64,000 bases of DNA from Antedon mediterranea (lineage: Eukaryota; Animalia; Echinodermata): contig NC_092676.1 of NCBI RefSeq assembly GCF_964355755.1, forward strand, positions 23,640,871 through 23,704,870, read 5' to 3'. A program made the translations under genes and the position numbers. Positions 47,873-62,286 of the stretch are shown piece by piece (positions within the stretch are counted from its first letter, which is position 1; every line of letters starts with the position of its first letter). The notes beneath the pieces were generated by a model. It did not search any database and was not told the origin of the DNA. It saw only the letters and a program-made list of their open reading frames with translations.

Positions 47873-50800
47873 GGTGGTTCCCTCCTCCACAGTACATGAA
47901 AAGGGAATGACTGAATCCTTACTCCTTAATGCGCCTTATTACTCCAACGTGTGAAAGCCTACTACACATTTCCCGGTGTTGTCACAATATCGATCATATC
48001 AGTGTGAACTGTAACAAGGAATAATATCACTTTATTAATTTTGATTTTGTCCATAGAAGCTATGGAAACTGTACATAGATTAGTGTTATTTCACATTAGG
48101 TTAGCCGGGATGCTAACGTTTTAGAAGAATGAAAGTTATACTTTGACGATATCATTTCTTCACTTTAAAATGAGATATTAACTCACCACGGGACTTTCGG
48201 GTATCCAACACTGATAATCTGGGTTAAAAAGAAACAAACATCGTATTAAATCATTGTCATGTGAAAGGGGCTTAAGAGCGATAAATGTGAACCGCATCTA
48301 AATGTACGTCTATGAGGCGATTTAATGTTAGCAAAGAGAGCATTTAGCCTAGCTACTGTATTTACGTACCTGCACTATAGTAGCTTACATCACCTCAGAA
48401 GCAACCTTCATATATCCAATCACTTATGATAACGATTAACTCAGCCTAAGCATTTAGGTGTCATAATAATTAATATCAAAAGCCTACTTAAACTCTTTAG
48501 GTAAAATTGAGGGCGCACTTACAGTTTAAAACTTTATCATGTTTTGTGATTTTCAGTTTCATTTTCATCATGTACACCTAATGCACACCAAACTATAAGA
48601 CTTCTATTTCATACTAAAATCGTTTTTCCCAAGTAAAAACTTCACCTTTAAATTAAAACATTTTTGAAAATTACACAAACTTGTTAAAAATTCTCATTTA
48701 AACCAAAAAAAAAAAAAAACTTTGTTCTCAATTACACAAAATGGTTGGAAATTCACCTTTAAAGAAAAAAAGAAACATTTCAAAATTCACCTTTAAACAA
48801 ACAAAAAAACATTATTCTCAAGTACTGAAAATTGTTGAAAATTCATCTTTAAATAAAAACATTGTTCTCAAGTACAGGTATACACAATTTTGGAAAATCA
48901 TCACATTTCAACAACAAAAATTGTTCTCAAGTACAAACATTGGTGAAAATTCACCTTTAAACCAAATCATTTCTCTCAAGTACACCTTTAAACAAAAACA
49001 AAAACACATTATTCTCAAATACATTAAATTGTAAAAACTTTTCTTTTGTCTTAAGAGATTTTATTTCAAAAGTAGGGGAACGTTCTCCTAGATAATATTT
49101 CTTCTAATGCATAATTAGAAAATATGTGAAACATAAACGTAATAAAAAATATTTACATTCAATTTTTGTAATTATAATTAGTAATACAATACAATGTGAA
49201 TCAACTTTTACGTAAAAAAAATAATAATAACCTCTGACCTTCCACACAATTTTTTCTGCATAATTACAAGACCCTGTCTTTATAAGATACATCCATTAAT
49301 AAAAAAAAAATAGTAAAAAATCATAGTAACATAAATATTGTTCGGCACCTTTATAAGACGGTTAAAATTATGTAACGCGTTCACACTGTAAAATATAATA
49401 AAATTCCTGAAACATTTTAACATTTTCTTGTTTATACATGCATTTACACTGCTTTCACAAAACATGACAATACACAGTTTCTCTAAGAAAATAAATAACG
49501 TATGAACATAAAAGAAATAAAAATATATTTTATTTCCCCTATGGTACAACAACAAATATTCGCATATATTGCGATTAGCTTTTAAAAAAACACTAAAACA
49601 CTTTCTAATAAAAAAATTTAAAATTATCTTTACATCTCTCATTTTTTAAATTTGTCTGTATTTGAAATTTTTCCTGCAATTTATTCTCAAATAGGATAAA
49701 AAATAATAAATCAAGCTTTTAAAGTTATTCTTTACAATTTATGATAAACAAATTAATTTAGGCCAAATATCCTATTCAATAAGTAGTTAATTCCAATGCT
49801 TTATTATAGCAATAATAATAAATATATAAGTTGCAAATGTATATTAATATTCAATCAGTATTTTTTTAACTTTTTAAATCTAAAAGAGTTCCTGGTGTTT
49901 CTCTCTGTAATTGAGGTAAATCTACCCAAATTAATTTTATTTAATACAGCGTAAAAAAAACATAATCTACATCAATAAATATGGAATATAACTATTGCAC
50001 TAACACTACTTCTTTTTAACCTACATTCCATGACATTAGCTTTCTAACAAATCCCAAACCACCCTTACATCTACCTTTTCCATTTACAACCCCCACCCTC
50101 CCCCTCCTTCCTCAATATCCCCAACACCAGTACCATGTCACTTTTTCGATACACAGAATGAATTTTATGTGTACCTTCAACTAAAAATGTATCTGTATTC
50201 TCAATTTTAATTTAAATCACTATTTTATTATAAATTTAATAAATTATTTAATAAATTATTCATCAAGACCCTACTAATAAATAGTTCCTTCAAAATCAAT
50301 GGTCCTTTAATTTAATATCTTGCAAATTTAACCATGAACAATTTTATTAATGATTTAATCTCCAAATATTTTAATATTCATCTCTATTGTTACCATACAC
50401 TAAATGTTCAGCTTTCACTAAATAAACGGACTCTTTTCTTTATATTTTTAAATAATAATTAAAACACGCTCAGTTGGTGATGAGAAACTAACAAATGAAG
50501 TTTGGCACGAGGATTTGGTGGGATAGAATCATACACACACATTGAAATATTTGATAATATAAAAATATAACAAATAAAAACACATATTCGGAAGACGCAT
50601 AGGCCTACTTGTACAAAAGTTACCAAAGGGCATTGACCTTCTAAAATAAGCAGCTCTCTTTAAAAAATATTTGATTCCAACAGAAACAAAATTGACAAAA
50701 TTTAGCACCAATTACGTATATAGAATACCATGTTAAGGTTTTTTTTGCACAATTTTTGTGACACATTCATTAAAAAAGAAAACATTAATTTTTTTAAACT

Positions 50801-51901
50801 GATAAAATCCTTTTTTGGTATCAGTCCTATTCTGATAATTCATCAAAATTATGAAATTTTTTAACCTGATCGCTTTCTAAATTTGTACACAGTTTTTCTT
50901 GCTAGAACTCAAATATTTATTCTTCAGAAAATAATATATTACGGATTTGACACAACTTCAATTATGTCACAATAATTAGTATTTTGTAGTTAATCTACTA
51001 CTATGCATCTTTTCAAAAATTAAATAAGTCTAATATTAATTTATGTTTCTTCATCTTCAACCGATTCTATATAATAAAAATTCATTTTCACAAAAAGAAG
51101 GTAGCACCCATCCAATATATGTATAGTATATACAAATAAATAATTACCAGAAAAATGGTCTTAATATTTTTGTCATAATTAGTAACATTAATTAATAATT
51201 CATTAATATATTGGTCCAGAAAAATTCATGAATACATTCTATCACCAAATAATTCACAACTTAGGTAAGCAGATACCTAAAAAAAATGTTTAAATAATAT
51301 AGACAGACATAATTATTATATACCGTACATCAAATTTAAAAAAATTTAAAAGTTTTTGATTATTATTAAATTAAACATCATACGACTAGTTATTACATAA
51401 TACAAATGGCAAGTTGTTTTATGATGACATTGTTAATTAAGTTACTGTTTACAATCTAATAATACAAAAACAGAATAATGACATATAAAGAAGTTACACC
51501 AGTGACAAGGACCACAACTTAAAAACTAACATTTTGCTTTTTATGCATGATAAACCTTCCAAACTTGTATGTCGCCCTCTATTCAGAGCCATACCATTTT
51601 GCATAAACATAAATTTCATATCGAAATATTAGTTTCTGAATTTAATATTTAAATACAAACATTGCTTAGCTTTCCATACAAAACAGGTTTTTTTTAACAA
51701 AAAGTGGAACAAAAATATACTGAAATATTGTTATATCAACCAAAAAATTGTCTCCATTTAAATTTTTTTTAAGCCTCCAATAGTAGGTCTAGTGAAAATT
51801 AGTGATTAATACAGTATTTAAATTTCTGTCATAAAATAAATTAAGAACACATTATGTGACCTTTAACCTCTAAAATATCATAAAAATGATACAAAAATGT
51901 T

Positions 51902-54900
51902 CTAGAAGTAACTGTTAAGGTTCTGTGTTCCTGGTAGATTTTCCCGATTCCAAATATCATTAAAATTACCGAATCCGGGTCCGAGGATATTCTCAAGTGC
52001 GTGATCAAGATCAAATTCTAGGTTTTCGTTCGATTTAGCTGCGGTCGATTCATGTTTTAACGGCTGTTCAGGTTGTGGGTGTTCGTGGCTTAAACCATTC
52101 ATAGCAACGATATCAGCTTGCACGCCGCTATCATTGCTCATGGGCGCTAGAACACAGTTTTCCTGGTTTTGGACCGTTCCATTCGTTGGTATTTTTGGAA
52201 CAGCGCCACTACTAATTGTAAATTGTTGACGCTGGTCTACCTCTTGTACCGTGATTGGTTGACCTGTAAGCGATGTGCTACGGTCCAGCCTATTAGCATT
52301 ATTCCCACCATTACGCATTGATTTTGGTTGAACAGTTGCGTATAGACCGCTATGTACAGATACAGGTTGCGGTTTACGCGTGGAGTTTATTTTAAATGGA
52401 TGCTCTCTGGGTTGACTATAAACAGGTCCGTTATCATATGAACTCGCACTACGTTCTAATGTCTTATGGCCTCGCCCTAAACCAGGACGATAATGTAAAT
52501 TTGATGCGTCCATTTGCACTCCTGTATCTCCATGCTCAGAGTTTGGTCTACCAGTCCTATTTTGATTGGAATGAGTAAAACTCGTGGTCGCATGAGTTTG
52601 AGGAGGACTATCAATACTAGCGTACAATCCATGTTCCGTTCTATCCCTTTCTAACGTTGGTATTCGTGTATAGCCGCCGTAACTCCTTTCTGTCGGATGA
52701 CGACCATCCCGCTCTAAACTGTGATGTACACCGTTTTCAACTGGACGATATGTATGTCCATTTTCTGACGAAGCTCGTGAATTATCTTCACGGCTGCTCA
52801 TATGAGGTGGCGGAGTGCTCCAAACCTGTGACGTAACTGTGACACGATTGTTATTGTGCTCTCGTCTTTGCAACGTGGATGTGGGAGTCATTGTTCTCCA
52901 TAGTTCGTTAATATCCATTCGATCAGCCTCGTCAATACTTAAATGAACAGTCCTTGGCCGGGAACTGTCCGTACGGTCATTACCACTGCCGGTGGTAGAT
53001 TGAGTGGCGCCTTAGGGAAGAACAAATAACGAGACATTATGTTAATTTATAGCATTAAATGAATTTAGAGCAAAATCATAGTGCCTGTCATAATATTGAA
53101 GGACTAATAAATGATTAGTTTTTCATTGCTACTGTTATTAAACTTTTAATAGACGTGATTGGTTTATATATTCAAAATATTATACTGATCATGTCATTAA
53201 AGATGTATTGTCCTCCAAAAATAATATTTAATATTAATATTAAAAATCAGACTCATTGTATAGTTTTTAGACGAAGTTAATCACTTCCATAGGAAAAAAC
53301 CGAATTTTTTTAAAAAAAATACAGTTTTCTCTGGTAAATATTTTGTTATTTCGATACAATTTTTGGTCAAAGTAATTAACTAATATGTGACATAAAATGA
53401 CATATTCAACAAAAAAAAAAAATTTTTTTCAGGGGCAGTATATCTTTAATGATGAATATGTAGAGATATTAAACTATTAGAGAGTCATGGAGATATCGAA
53501 TATGGCTGTTGTATATTTTTGGCCAATTAGATACTCCAGTTTATAGCCACGCCCACTATACGAGAGCATATCACTTGAGCTTCTACCTAGTCAACTCTGT
53601 AGTATTTTAGTAATATCTCTATGTGATAATTCTAGTAGTTTTCTTACCACAGTCAGATGTTGAAGTAACACTTTTTACTTTTTTCTTTAATTTCTTATTT
53701 TTCATTTTCAGATCAACAATGAAAAAAAGCATTGCTAATATTATGCCTACACATACACCCAATACAACGTACAATATGAACTCCTCTTTATTTTCTGGAA
53801 AAAAAAGAGAAGATAATTAGTTGTCTACAATTTTTTTCAGTAAATATGTAATGTATTCAACATTGAAAAATAAGTTGTTCCATTAGAACATAAAATGAAG
53901 TGTTTATACAGTTATTAACAAAAAAAAAATCACATGCTTTCTGTTAATAAATAAGGTCAAAAAGGTTATTCATATATAAAAATCATTATAATAATTTGAG
54001 AAAGTTCACATAATTTTAAATTCTATCTTTAATATTCCTAATGCATTACAGTATGAAAACCTGATATATTGCAATAGTTTAAAGCTTAAGCGCATCGTAA
54101 GTAATTTGACCAATAATTACGTAATGAATCACATGAACTATTGTATGTAATTGGTCAACAGATTTGTCTTAGGCCTATTAAAGTTGTTGTGTTGGAAACC
54201 AAGCTGAAACCAAGCTCTGTCTACACTATTATCAAACTTGCGGTGCACTTAAGTTTTAAACTATTGCAATATATCAGGTTATCGGAGTGGAGTTGTGGCT
54301 TGGTGGTTATGATGCTTGCTACCACTTCAAGTGTCCTGGGTTCAAGTCCCGTCACATGTCAGGATTTTTTCTAAGGACAAAATTACAACTCCACTCCCAA
54401 AGACTTGTAATAAGACTTTGTTTATGTAAAGCATCTTGTGTATATGTTTGTCTTGTGAACCTCTGAGGGTCCCTAATGATCAGCAATTGCTGGATGGATC
54501 ACCCTCATTAAATATATTACAAAAAAAAATATGGTAGTGGTATACTTTAATATGATAGTGATATGACATCATTATATGTTCATATATCACTTTTTTTTTT
54601 GTCACATAAAGTTTGATAGCGTAGACAGAGCTTTAGGGTGGCTGGAAAAACTTACTTGCAACATGTCCATATAATGAAAAGAAACTAGTGATGAAGCCTG
54701 TACTCAAGTCCGGACCATCTTTAGAAGCACCAGTGTCCAAGCCTGTGCCGTTAACACTTATCGCTGAATCTGTAGTATTCTCACCCATCTTTCCTCTGGG
54801 CCAGTTGGATACTTTTGGAGGGTATATGTTAATATCGGGGCCTAGAGAATCACTTCCCTCGGTGTGTGCGTGCTCAATTGCGCCTGTAAGGAATGACACA

Positions 54901-57900
54901 TATAAAGAATAATGAAACAGATGCATACAGACATCAGATGTCAAATTATTAGTAATATTGAAAATATGAAGCATGATGACTAATACTGTAGGAATATTCT
55001 AATATTCATCACTCATTTTGAGAATTTACAACCAAAAATCAAAATAGCAATGGATACTTTTATAAGAAGAATACATTAGCAATAGAAGAAATGAGAAAAA
55101 CAACTCAAAGCTTATTACGGCCGAGTGTGCTTGAGTATAATTATAGTCTCTATTTTAGGTTAAATTTGATCACAAAACTTGGGTAACTCCATCGTAATCC
55201 AAGTATATTGCAAACCTACGCGAAATTCCATACCCACACCTGCCGGGAAAATACTTAGTTGTATTCAATACTATTATATAATTTCTCCATGTTTTATTAT
55301 TATTCGTAATCAGAACAATAAAGAAATATATTTTAATTGAAAAACAAAAAACAACTCCATTTCACTTTTGGCAAAATAAATAAAAACCAATCGGCAAAGA
55401 GCATTTTGCAATTAAACGAAGTCAAACAGATTAACTGTGTGTACAGGAGTGCTCTAAGATAGATAAAGCGCTGAGATATCGAGAAAATGATATAGTATTA
55501 ACCTAGCATTTACAATAACTAACACACTCGGTACTTAAGAACGGCAAATGAAAGTCTGCACATAAGCAAAGTGATTCAGCTTTCAAAGTAAAGTGAATAT
55601 AATCAATAAAGCTATTTTACAATTTCACATTTTTTGATTTGCATTAAATGTAATTGATTTTGTTAAACTGGGCCAAATCAACATTACAGACTGTTTTCTT
55701 TGTGTTTCTGCATTGTACACGAGGAAAACAGGAGCCTGAGATACTTTGATCTTGTGTTGCAGGCAGACTTTCAATTTGTATTTTTTCGGTTGTACCAATT
55801 AGGCTGACCGGTTTCATCGGTACAAACTTTCATTTTATCATTTGCTAAAAACCACACCCAAATGCAAAGTAATTCATAAAGATATAGCATACAACTTCCC
55901 ACTTTTAACCTCCTTTCTAAAATTTTTATCCATGTTTTAAATCTACATTAAAACGCAGGAAGAAGGGGAGAAAAGAAATATACTTTGAAATAAGTAAGTA
56001 CTTGATATACATTCATCACACAGATACAGTAAAATATAAGATTTAGCATTTACCACAGAGCAATGATTAAACAAGCAAAGATAGCCAATATATTAAAGTC
56101 ACGCACTAAGCAGCATCGCTAGATGCGATCTGACGATAAGTTATGCTGATTTGATGGCAAGATCGTTGCAAACATCAAGAAGAAGGTACACGTATTGAAG
56201 TAAAGAGGTACTTGAGCAGTGTAAGATAAATCAACTCAACTACACAAGTACATAATAAATGAAAATTGCCTGGCATGAAGAAGACTATTAAAATTTGTAT
56301 TTCACACTGTCCATGCATATGGCATATTATGCTAATTTGCGACTTCAAATAAAATGCATAGTACTGTAGTAGATGATGGTAATCATAATTTTCTCCAGTT
56401 AATAATAATACTTGTATTAAAATTAGCAGTAATCGGCCAATTCTGCATATTAATTGGACTTATAATAATAGATAATAACATGCATACTATACTACTTCTT
56501 GAGAATGTATACTAGAGCTAATATATTATATCTATTCCTGTTTTTGTTATATATTTCTTGCCTTTAGGCCTATGGCTATATCATTTAAAATTTATAGTTT
56601 TTGCTATCACATTGAAAGCAGCCAACTTATAATTATGTTTTACTGGTAACCCAATATTTTCATATCAATTTATAACCTCATAAAATCGGAGGTTCACATC
56701 AGGATTTCCTTAATAACAATCATGTAGTGTTGTATTGCTAAAATCAAATAGTTGTATATTTTAAATGTAAGTTAAAACGTTTAACAAGTTACCTTGTTTA
56801 AAAGTCTAGACGCATTAAAACTATGTTGTCTCTGGGTGTGTTTCATTTTGTGGTAGTAATGTTGTGATTAGGTCACAACGCAGGAAACAGACCATGTATT
56901 TCCTTGGTTAATAAAACATAGGCCTATAGAATAACATTGTGTCTGAGTGGATCAAATGTTGTTTCTTTGTTGTTATAACCATCATATAGATAACATAAAC
57001 GTTTACAGGGATCAAGGCAATCTAAAAGCGGAATGCTGAGCTACAGAGATCTAAGGGTTTATCAGTTCCACGATCATTAAAGGGTTATACGCCCCTTAAT
57101 AGACACTGTGCGCCGCGAAGTGTATGTACATAGTACAGTACTATTGGTATTTGTCGCAGCCAGACAAGATCAAAGGACTGTTACTAAGTTCCTATCTTGG
57201 CAAGGTGAGCTCACCAGTGTCCTGTTGTTAGATTGCCTTGCATGGATTAAGCTTTTACTTCTGATCAGAGTTATATCAGAGGTAACGATGGTATAAATCC
57301 AGATCTCACAAACAAGCAGTTACATTGGATGGCATAACTCGGATATGATTTGAATCTGCGTAAGCGTGAATAGAACCACTTAACTCTTGTATAAGCTTTG
57401 GAATAGTTAAAATATATACAATTGTATATTAAGCTTTAAAAATCTAGTACATCGTATTTTGATCATCACATCACTGTAATGTCATGATCAATTGACATTT
57501 GGTAATGTTAAATAATACACCTTAAAGGTAAATGATGTCAGACAGTCTTTCCTGCCACTTTACAGGTAAACACTGTCTACTATGATGTCACATTTTAGGA
57601 ATTCTCTCAAAATAATCTGCCAATCTGTAATGTGCCTGCTTGGGGATAGAATTAATGAAGCAGGTAGTCGACAACAGTGGGTCTCTCAAGTGATTTCCAT
57701 TAAGGAGAGGATTAGGGGAAAAGCCTGTAATTTGCCAATTGCTAAGCTGGTCTAGGTTGTAATTGTGCTAAAACCTCAAAGGAAGTTGGTCACATTACTG
57801 ACTGTATTATTTGTTGTTCAATCAGCTTGAATAAATAGGCCTACATATAGTTCCCAGATTTCCTTGTTTTTATCATTTCTATAATTTAATTAATTTCAGT

Positions 57901-60900
57901 ATATCACCAGGTGGTTTAGAATTAGTTTTCTGCCTCTTAATTTATATTTCATACAATTTGTAAATATTACCAAAATTAATCATATTTATTAAAATTTCCA
58001 GGTGGTCTCTATGTTTAGCCCATTATCTCTCTAGTCTGAAGACTTGTACAGTTTTTAGAGTCCCAAGGCAATTTTTTCTTGTCTAAAAATTAACAATGCA
58101 GCTCCCATGATTGTATTGGTACACTTTACTCTATTTACCTCCTTGTCACGTCTGTATGTCAAAAATGTCTGGTGTGACATATTTTTCAAATGAATTGTAG
58201 GTCATAGACATACATGCAAAATGGCTTCTCTACATGTATAAATATATAAAGAGTAGAATTATACAAAATCTATAGAATGACCCATGCCATTACAGACTGA
58301 CCCTAACTAACATGACCCACCTCAAAATTTCACCCACTTTTAATTTCAAGAGTTATGTGAATTTAAGACATTCAAACAACATATACCTAGTAGCCTAGAA
58401 CCCCTCCTTAAGGACATCTCTATTACTGAAAAGAAATGAGGGACAATAACAAGATTTTGGCCAATCTGTATACAGGGGAAACCCCTATAAGAATGTTCTA
58501 CTGTACTAACAAAGCAAATACATAATTTAACATACAAAATATTGCACACAAAAGCATTGCTATTGTAATTGACTATGTAAGAATTAAATTATCAAAAAAA
58601 AGCATAAAATATACTGTAGAGAACCAGTTACTAATACTAATTTTTTTAATGTAAAAAAAACACGTTATTTATGACAAATTTCATGCAGAAAAAAATCATG
58701 GACTCTTTGAAAGGAAATATCCACCCACTTTCATGTTCAGAAGTACCTTTCTAAAATTCTACCTATAGAAAAAAAAAACTATAATGAAAAAAAAAATACC
58801 TGTAATTGAAACAATCAGTACTGCTTATCTATTCAGAGCCAACAGCGAAGTGTTTTTTTTTACGCCATTTGACCATCTTAATATATAATCTACCAAGAAC
58901 CACTTCCTAACTGTTCATCGTTTGATCTTTTTTATGTAAACATTCTACACTTTTACTGTGAAAAACACAATAATTACCTCCAGGAAAAGGAAGATAACAG
59001 ATTTGATGTCACTTCTATTGGCTTAATTAAACAAAGTGTTTATTATCTTGTTATAAATGATCTTTTAGAAATGACCTAATTATCGATATTACTCCCTTAT
59101 TTCAAGTAAGTATACTGTTTTATAGGATGATATTAGTGTGGGTAACGAGGAGCTTCCAACTCTTTAAATTATTGACCCCAGAATGACCCTTAGTGCTGTC
59201 TGAATACACCCCAAGATTTTAGAAAATTAAAAGTACAATTATTATATTATATAATAATTATATGTAATGCATATACAGTATGCAATTTATGACAAATATT
59301 TATGTAATAACTAATCACACGACATGGGTATAAAAAATACTTAATAGGCCTACCTTAAGGGGACAATATTGGGACACAAAAATAAAGGTTCCTACTTATT
59401 AAGTGTTTTCCCTGAATAGGACTGGTTGTTGTGTTAAAATGTATAATCTTGCCTTGTTCATTTCATAGGAAAATGTCCTCTTGAATAGGAGTGGCCCCTT
59501 CATAGACGTGTCTCAAAGAAGGGGTGCTATATACAGTGTTGTTATAAATACTACAGTAATTTAAATGTATTTTCTTTACTATGTAAGTGAATCTTAATAT
59601 GATCATGAGATTCAGAATATAATAAATATGATAATGAAACAGAATGTATGAATTTCTACAAATTTAACTTTTCGCCTAATGTTCTATAATGTCATTTTGA
59701 ATCTATCACGATCTGTTTACGATGTTGGTCACACACGCAAATCACATACACGGTAGCATCTTATCTTGCTTCCGCAGAGATAAGCATGTTCCAGGAAAAA
59801 ATAATGTCTGCTAATGGTTTGCTGATCACTACAACATTTCCTGGCATTGTTGTATTAGTAAAGCACACTGCGTTTCAATTATACAGTAATGGCCGGCCAG
59901 AAAGGTTACAATAACCATTAAATGTAACAACATGACATCAAACAAAAATATATAAATGACAAATAATTTTGCACTTAATGGAGCGCCCAAAGTCTGCGCC
60001 GTAAAAGGGAAAGTAAAAAGTAAAATTAATAAAATCTAGAAGGAAAAAATGAGTTTATATTTTACATAAAGGAACAAAATGCAACCGTATGTCTCAAATT
60101 TGCGGTAGAGAGTGGGTAATTGAGGTGGATAAGGGTAAGGTGATGGGTGGTAGTTGTTGAGGTGGGGTGGTTGAGGTAGGGGAGAAAGTTCAATACAATG
60201 CATGCTGTCATTTTCAATTATCATAAACAAATTAATTTTTTCAACATCAATAGTATAAAAATATAAAATATATAAATAAATTACTATAAATATTTGAAAA
60301 ATTTGTTTACAAGTTTATTAAACTTGTAAACACATTTTTCAAATATATATCTAGTTCATATAAATATAGATTAAATTCAAATTTTAAATGAATTTTCACC
60401 ATCAAAAGATCTGAATGTTATTTATAAATTGAAATAAAAATATGTAAATAAATAAAGTAAAATATTTAGAAAAATAAGTTTAAAAGTTTAATGTATCTAG
60501 TTCCTAAAAATCCAGCTTAAACTCAGATTTGAAAATTACTTGTGAATAAAGCATTACAACCAGAAATACTGTGCAAACTTACTGAGTAAAAATACAAGAA
60601 ATCAACAGAATTATTATCTCCAGATTCCATAAACCACTTCACCTTTTCTCAAAATCAGATAATTATATTAATATTATTAGTAAATATCAAACATACTATT
60701 ATATATGTCAGTCAGAAAACGAAGTCTATTTACAAATAGTACGTAATCTCACTCTAATCCAATGATTGTTACGGACATCATCATTACCGTCATGACACTT
60801 TAAAAGTACGTAGTACACCGAAAGAGGAAGTAATTCTACCACGAATAACTTTTGATATTTCCTTTCATCCTTGGTAGGCCTACTAGTGGAATAGTTAGTA

Positions 60901-62286
60901 ATGATATGGTAGCGATTAAAGATTATTAAATAGCTTTTAGATATCCTTCAAATAATCAACAATATTATCATATCTATTTCTTCTAAGGAAGTGTATTATT
61001 ATGATTATAATATTATTGCATATCGTACAAGTATTATTATTAATGCGACTGTAAGTGGCTGATGACAAATATATCAAGGACTCGATTTGCGGGAATTTCA
61101 TCATTTACGTAGAACATTAGAAGCGATATAGTATCATAGCAAAATGGTTCGTAAAGTGTGGTACGTATGGTGAGTGCAGCGACGGGTTCATGCCACAGCA
61201 ATAGCCTTTTTCAATAATTACACTTAAGTGAGATACTGTACTTTCCTTAAATATAAATATTTAATTATTTCCCTTAAGGGGTTTTCACTTTTAAGCCTAA
61301 GTGTGATTGCTGAATACTAGGCCACCGGTCATGAGAAAATTGATATAATCAACTTTGTTAAAACAAATCCATTTTAGCAGGTTCCTGTCCCACATCACTA
61401 GTATCCATGTGGGCAATTTCCATTTATATTTAGCATGTTAATCTCACTGGGATTTTCAGACTCGTATCCTGGATGGACATACACTTTGACCGCCATTCCT
61501 AGTATATTCCTCATGGATTTTATTGTAATGCTATATAATTTTGTACATTTGCCAATAATGACAAAGAGGTATGCTGAAACTTCTTGAAAAGAGATTACAC
61601 AATCACAAACTTTCCTCTTCAATTAAATTATTTTATTCTGTCAAGTAATCTGGCTCAAGCATTGTTTTGCTTGTCACATATATATAATAAAAAAATTAAA
61701 AATATGATAAAATGGATAAACTACAAACAATACAAAACCAAGGGATAAAATAACGAAACCTGCCCTATGCAACTAACATAGTGTAAACACGATAAAATTA
61801 ACTTTTAGAAAGAATAGTGTAAAGCTACTCTGTCTACACTATCAAACTTTATGTCACAAAAAATATGATTTGCCCATGTACATGATAAAGTCATATCACT
61901 ACAATATTTAAACATACAGCGCCTTTGATTTTGTACCTCGGTCGGTGAATTGACGCTTTATAAATATTGATAATAATAATAATACCACAACGATATTTGG
62001 GCATATCACACTTTTTTGGTCAAACTAGTCTGATAGTGTAGACAGAGCTTTATAGAAAAAATTAGTGTTAAAAGAGTAAAGCAAATAAGAGTGAAAAAAA
62101 AACTAAAATGAATGATACATTTACCTCTCTTACCTGGATCAATTGGTGTATAAGCCTCGTCCCTCGTCACAGGGCTAGGCGCATCCTCTTGCGTCCCAAA
62201 TGTATCAGTTGGCGGAGTTTGTTGCTTCTTGGAAGATATGGGCATACCAGGAAACCTGTGAGGACGGTTGAAAACCTTTTTTGGAA
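51902..62286 (-). CDS. EVA1C: Protein eva-1 homolog C-like, 3' part (stalk, FAM176/EVA1 TM region, long cytoplasmic tail); 5' exons outside the window
   Basis: Exons 62286-62134, 54883-54656, 53794-53648, 53010-51902, all phase 1. GFITSFFSLYGHVAKNKEEFILYVVLGVCVGIILAMLFFIV resembles the EVA1 juxtamembrane/TM signature. The first exon begins (V)PKKVF, as follows the second lectin domain. ADRMDINELW resembles the EVA1 EIW motif. Ends LNSYF*. Extra small exons within 54884-62133 cannot be excluded. Confidence 0.75.
53201..53445. mobile_element. MITE family B copy with perfect TTAA target duplication (Kolobok-like)
   Basis: ttaa|agatgtattgtcct...ggggcagtatatct|ttaa, with AG...CT termini. Confidence 0.88.
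54283..54425 (+). mobile_element. tRNA-derived SINE, family 2, inside a family A MITE
   Basis: gtggagttgtggcttggtggtt...ctgggttcaagtcc...caactccactccc is homologous to 194-345. Confidence 0.7.
57013..57240. mobile_element. MITE family C, second copy
   Basis: caaggcaatctaa...ttagattgccttg; reverse-oriented homologue of 24718-24866. Confidence 0.75.
61204..61323. mobile_element. Short MITE with imperfect TIRs
   Basis: gcctttttcaataattacacttaag versus cctaagtgtgattgctgaatactaggc (reverse complement). Confidence 0.55.

Noticed and set aside
48590-49040. ORF 48741-49034 and its degenerate aaaattcacctttaaa repeats
   Set aside because: Low-complexity decayed tandem repeat with no coding signature.
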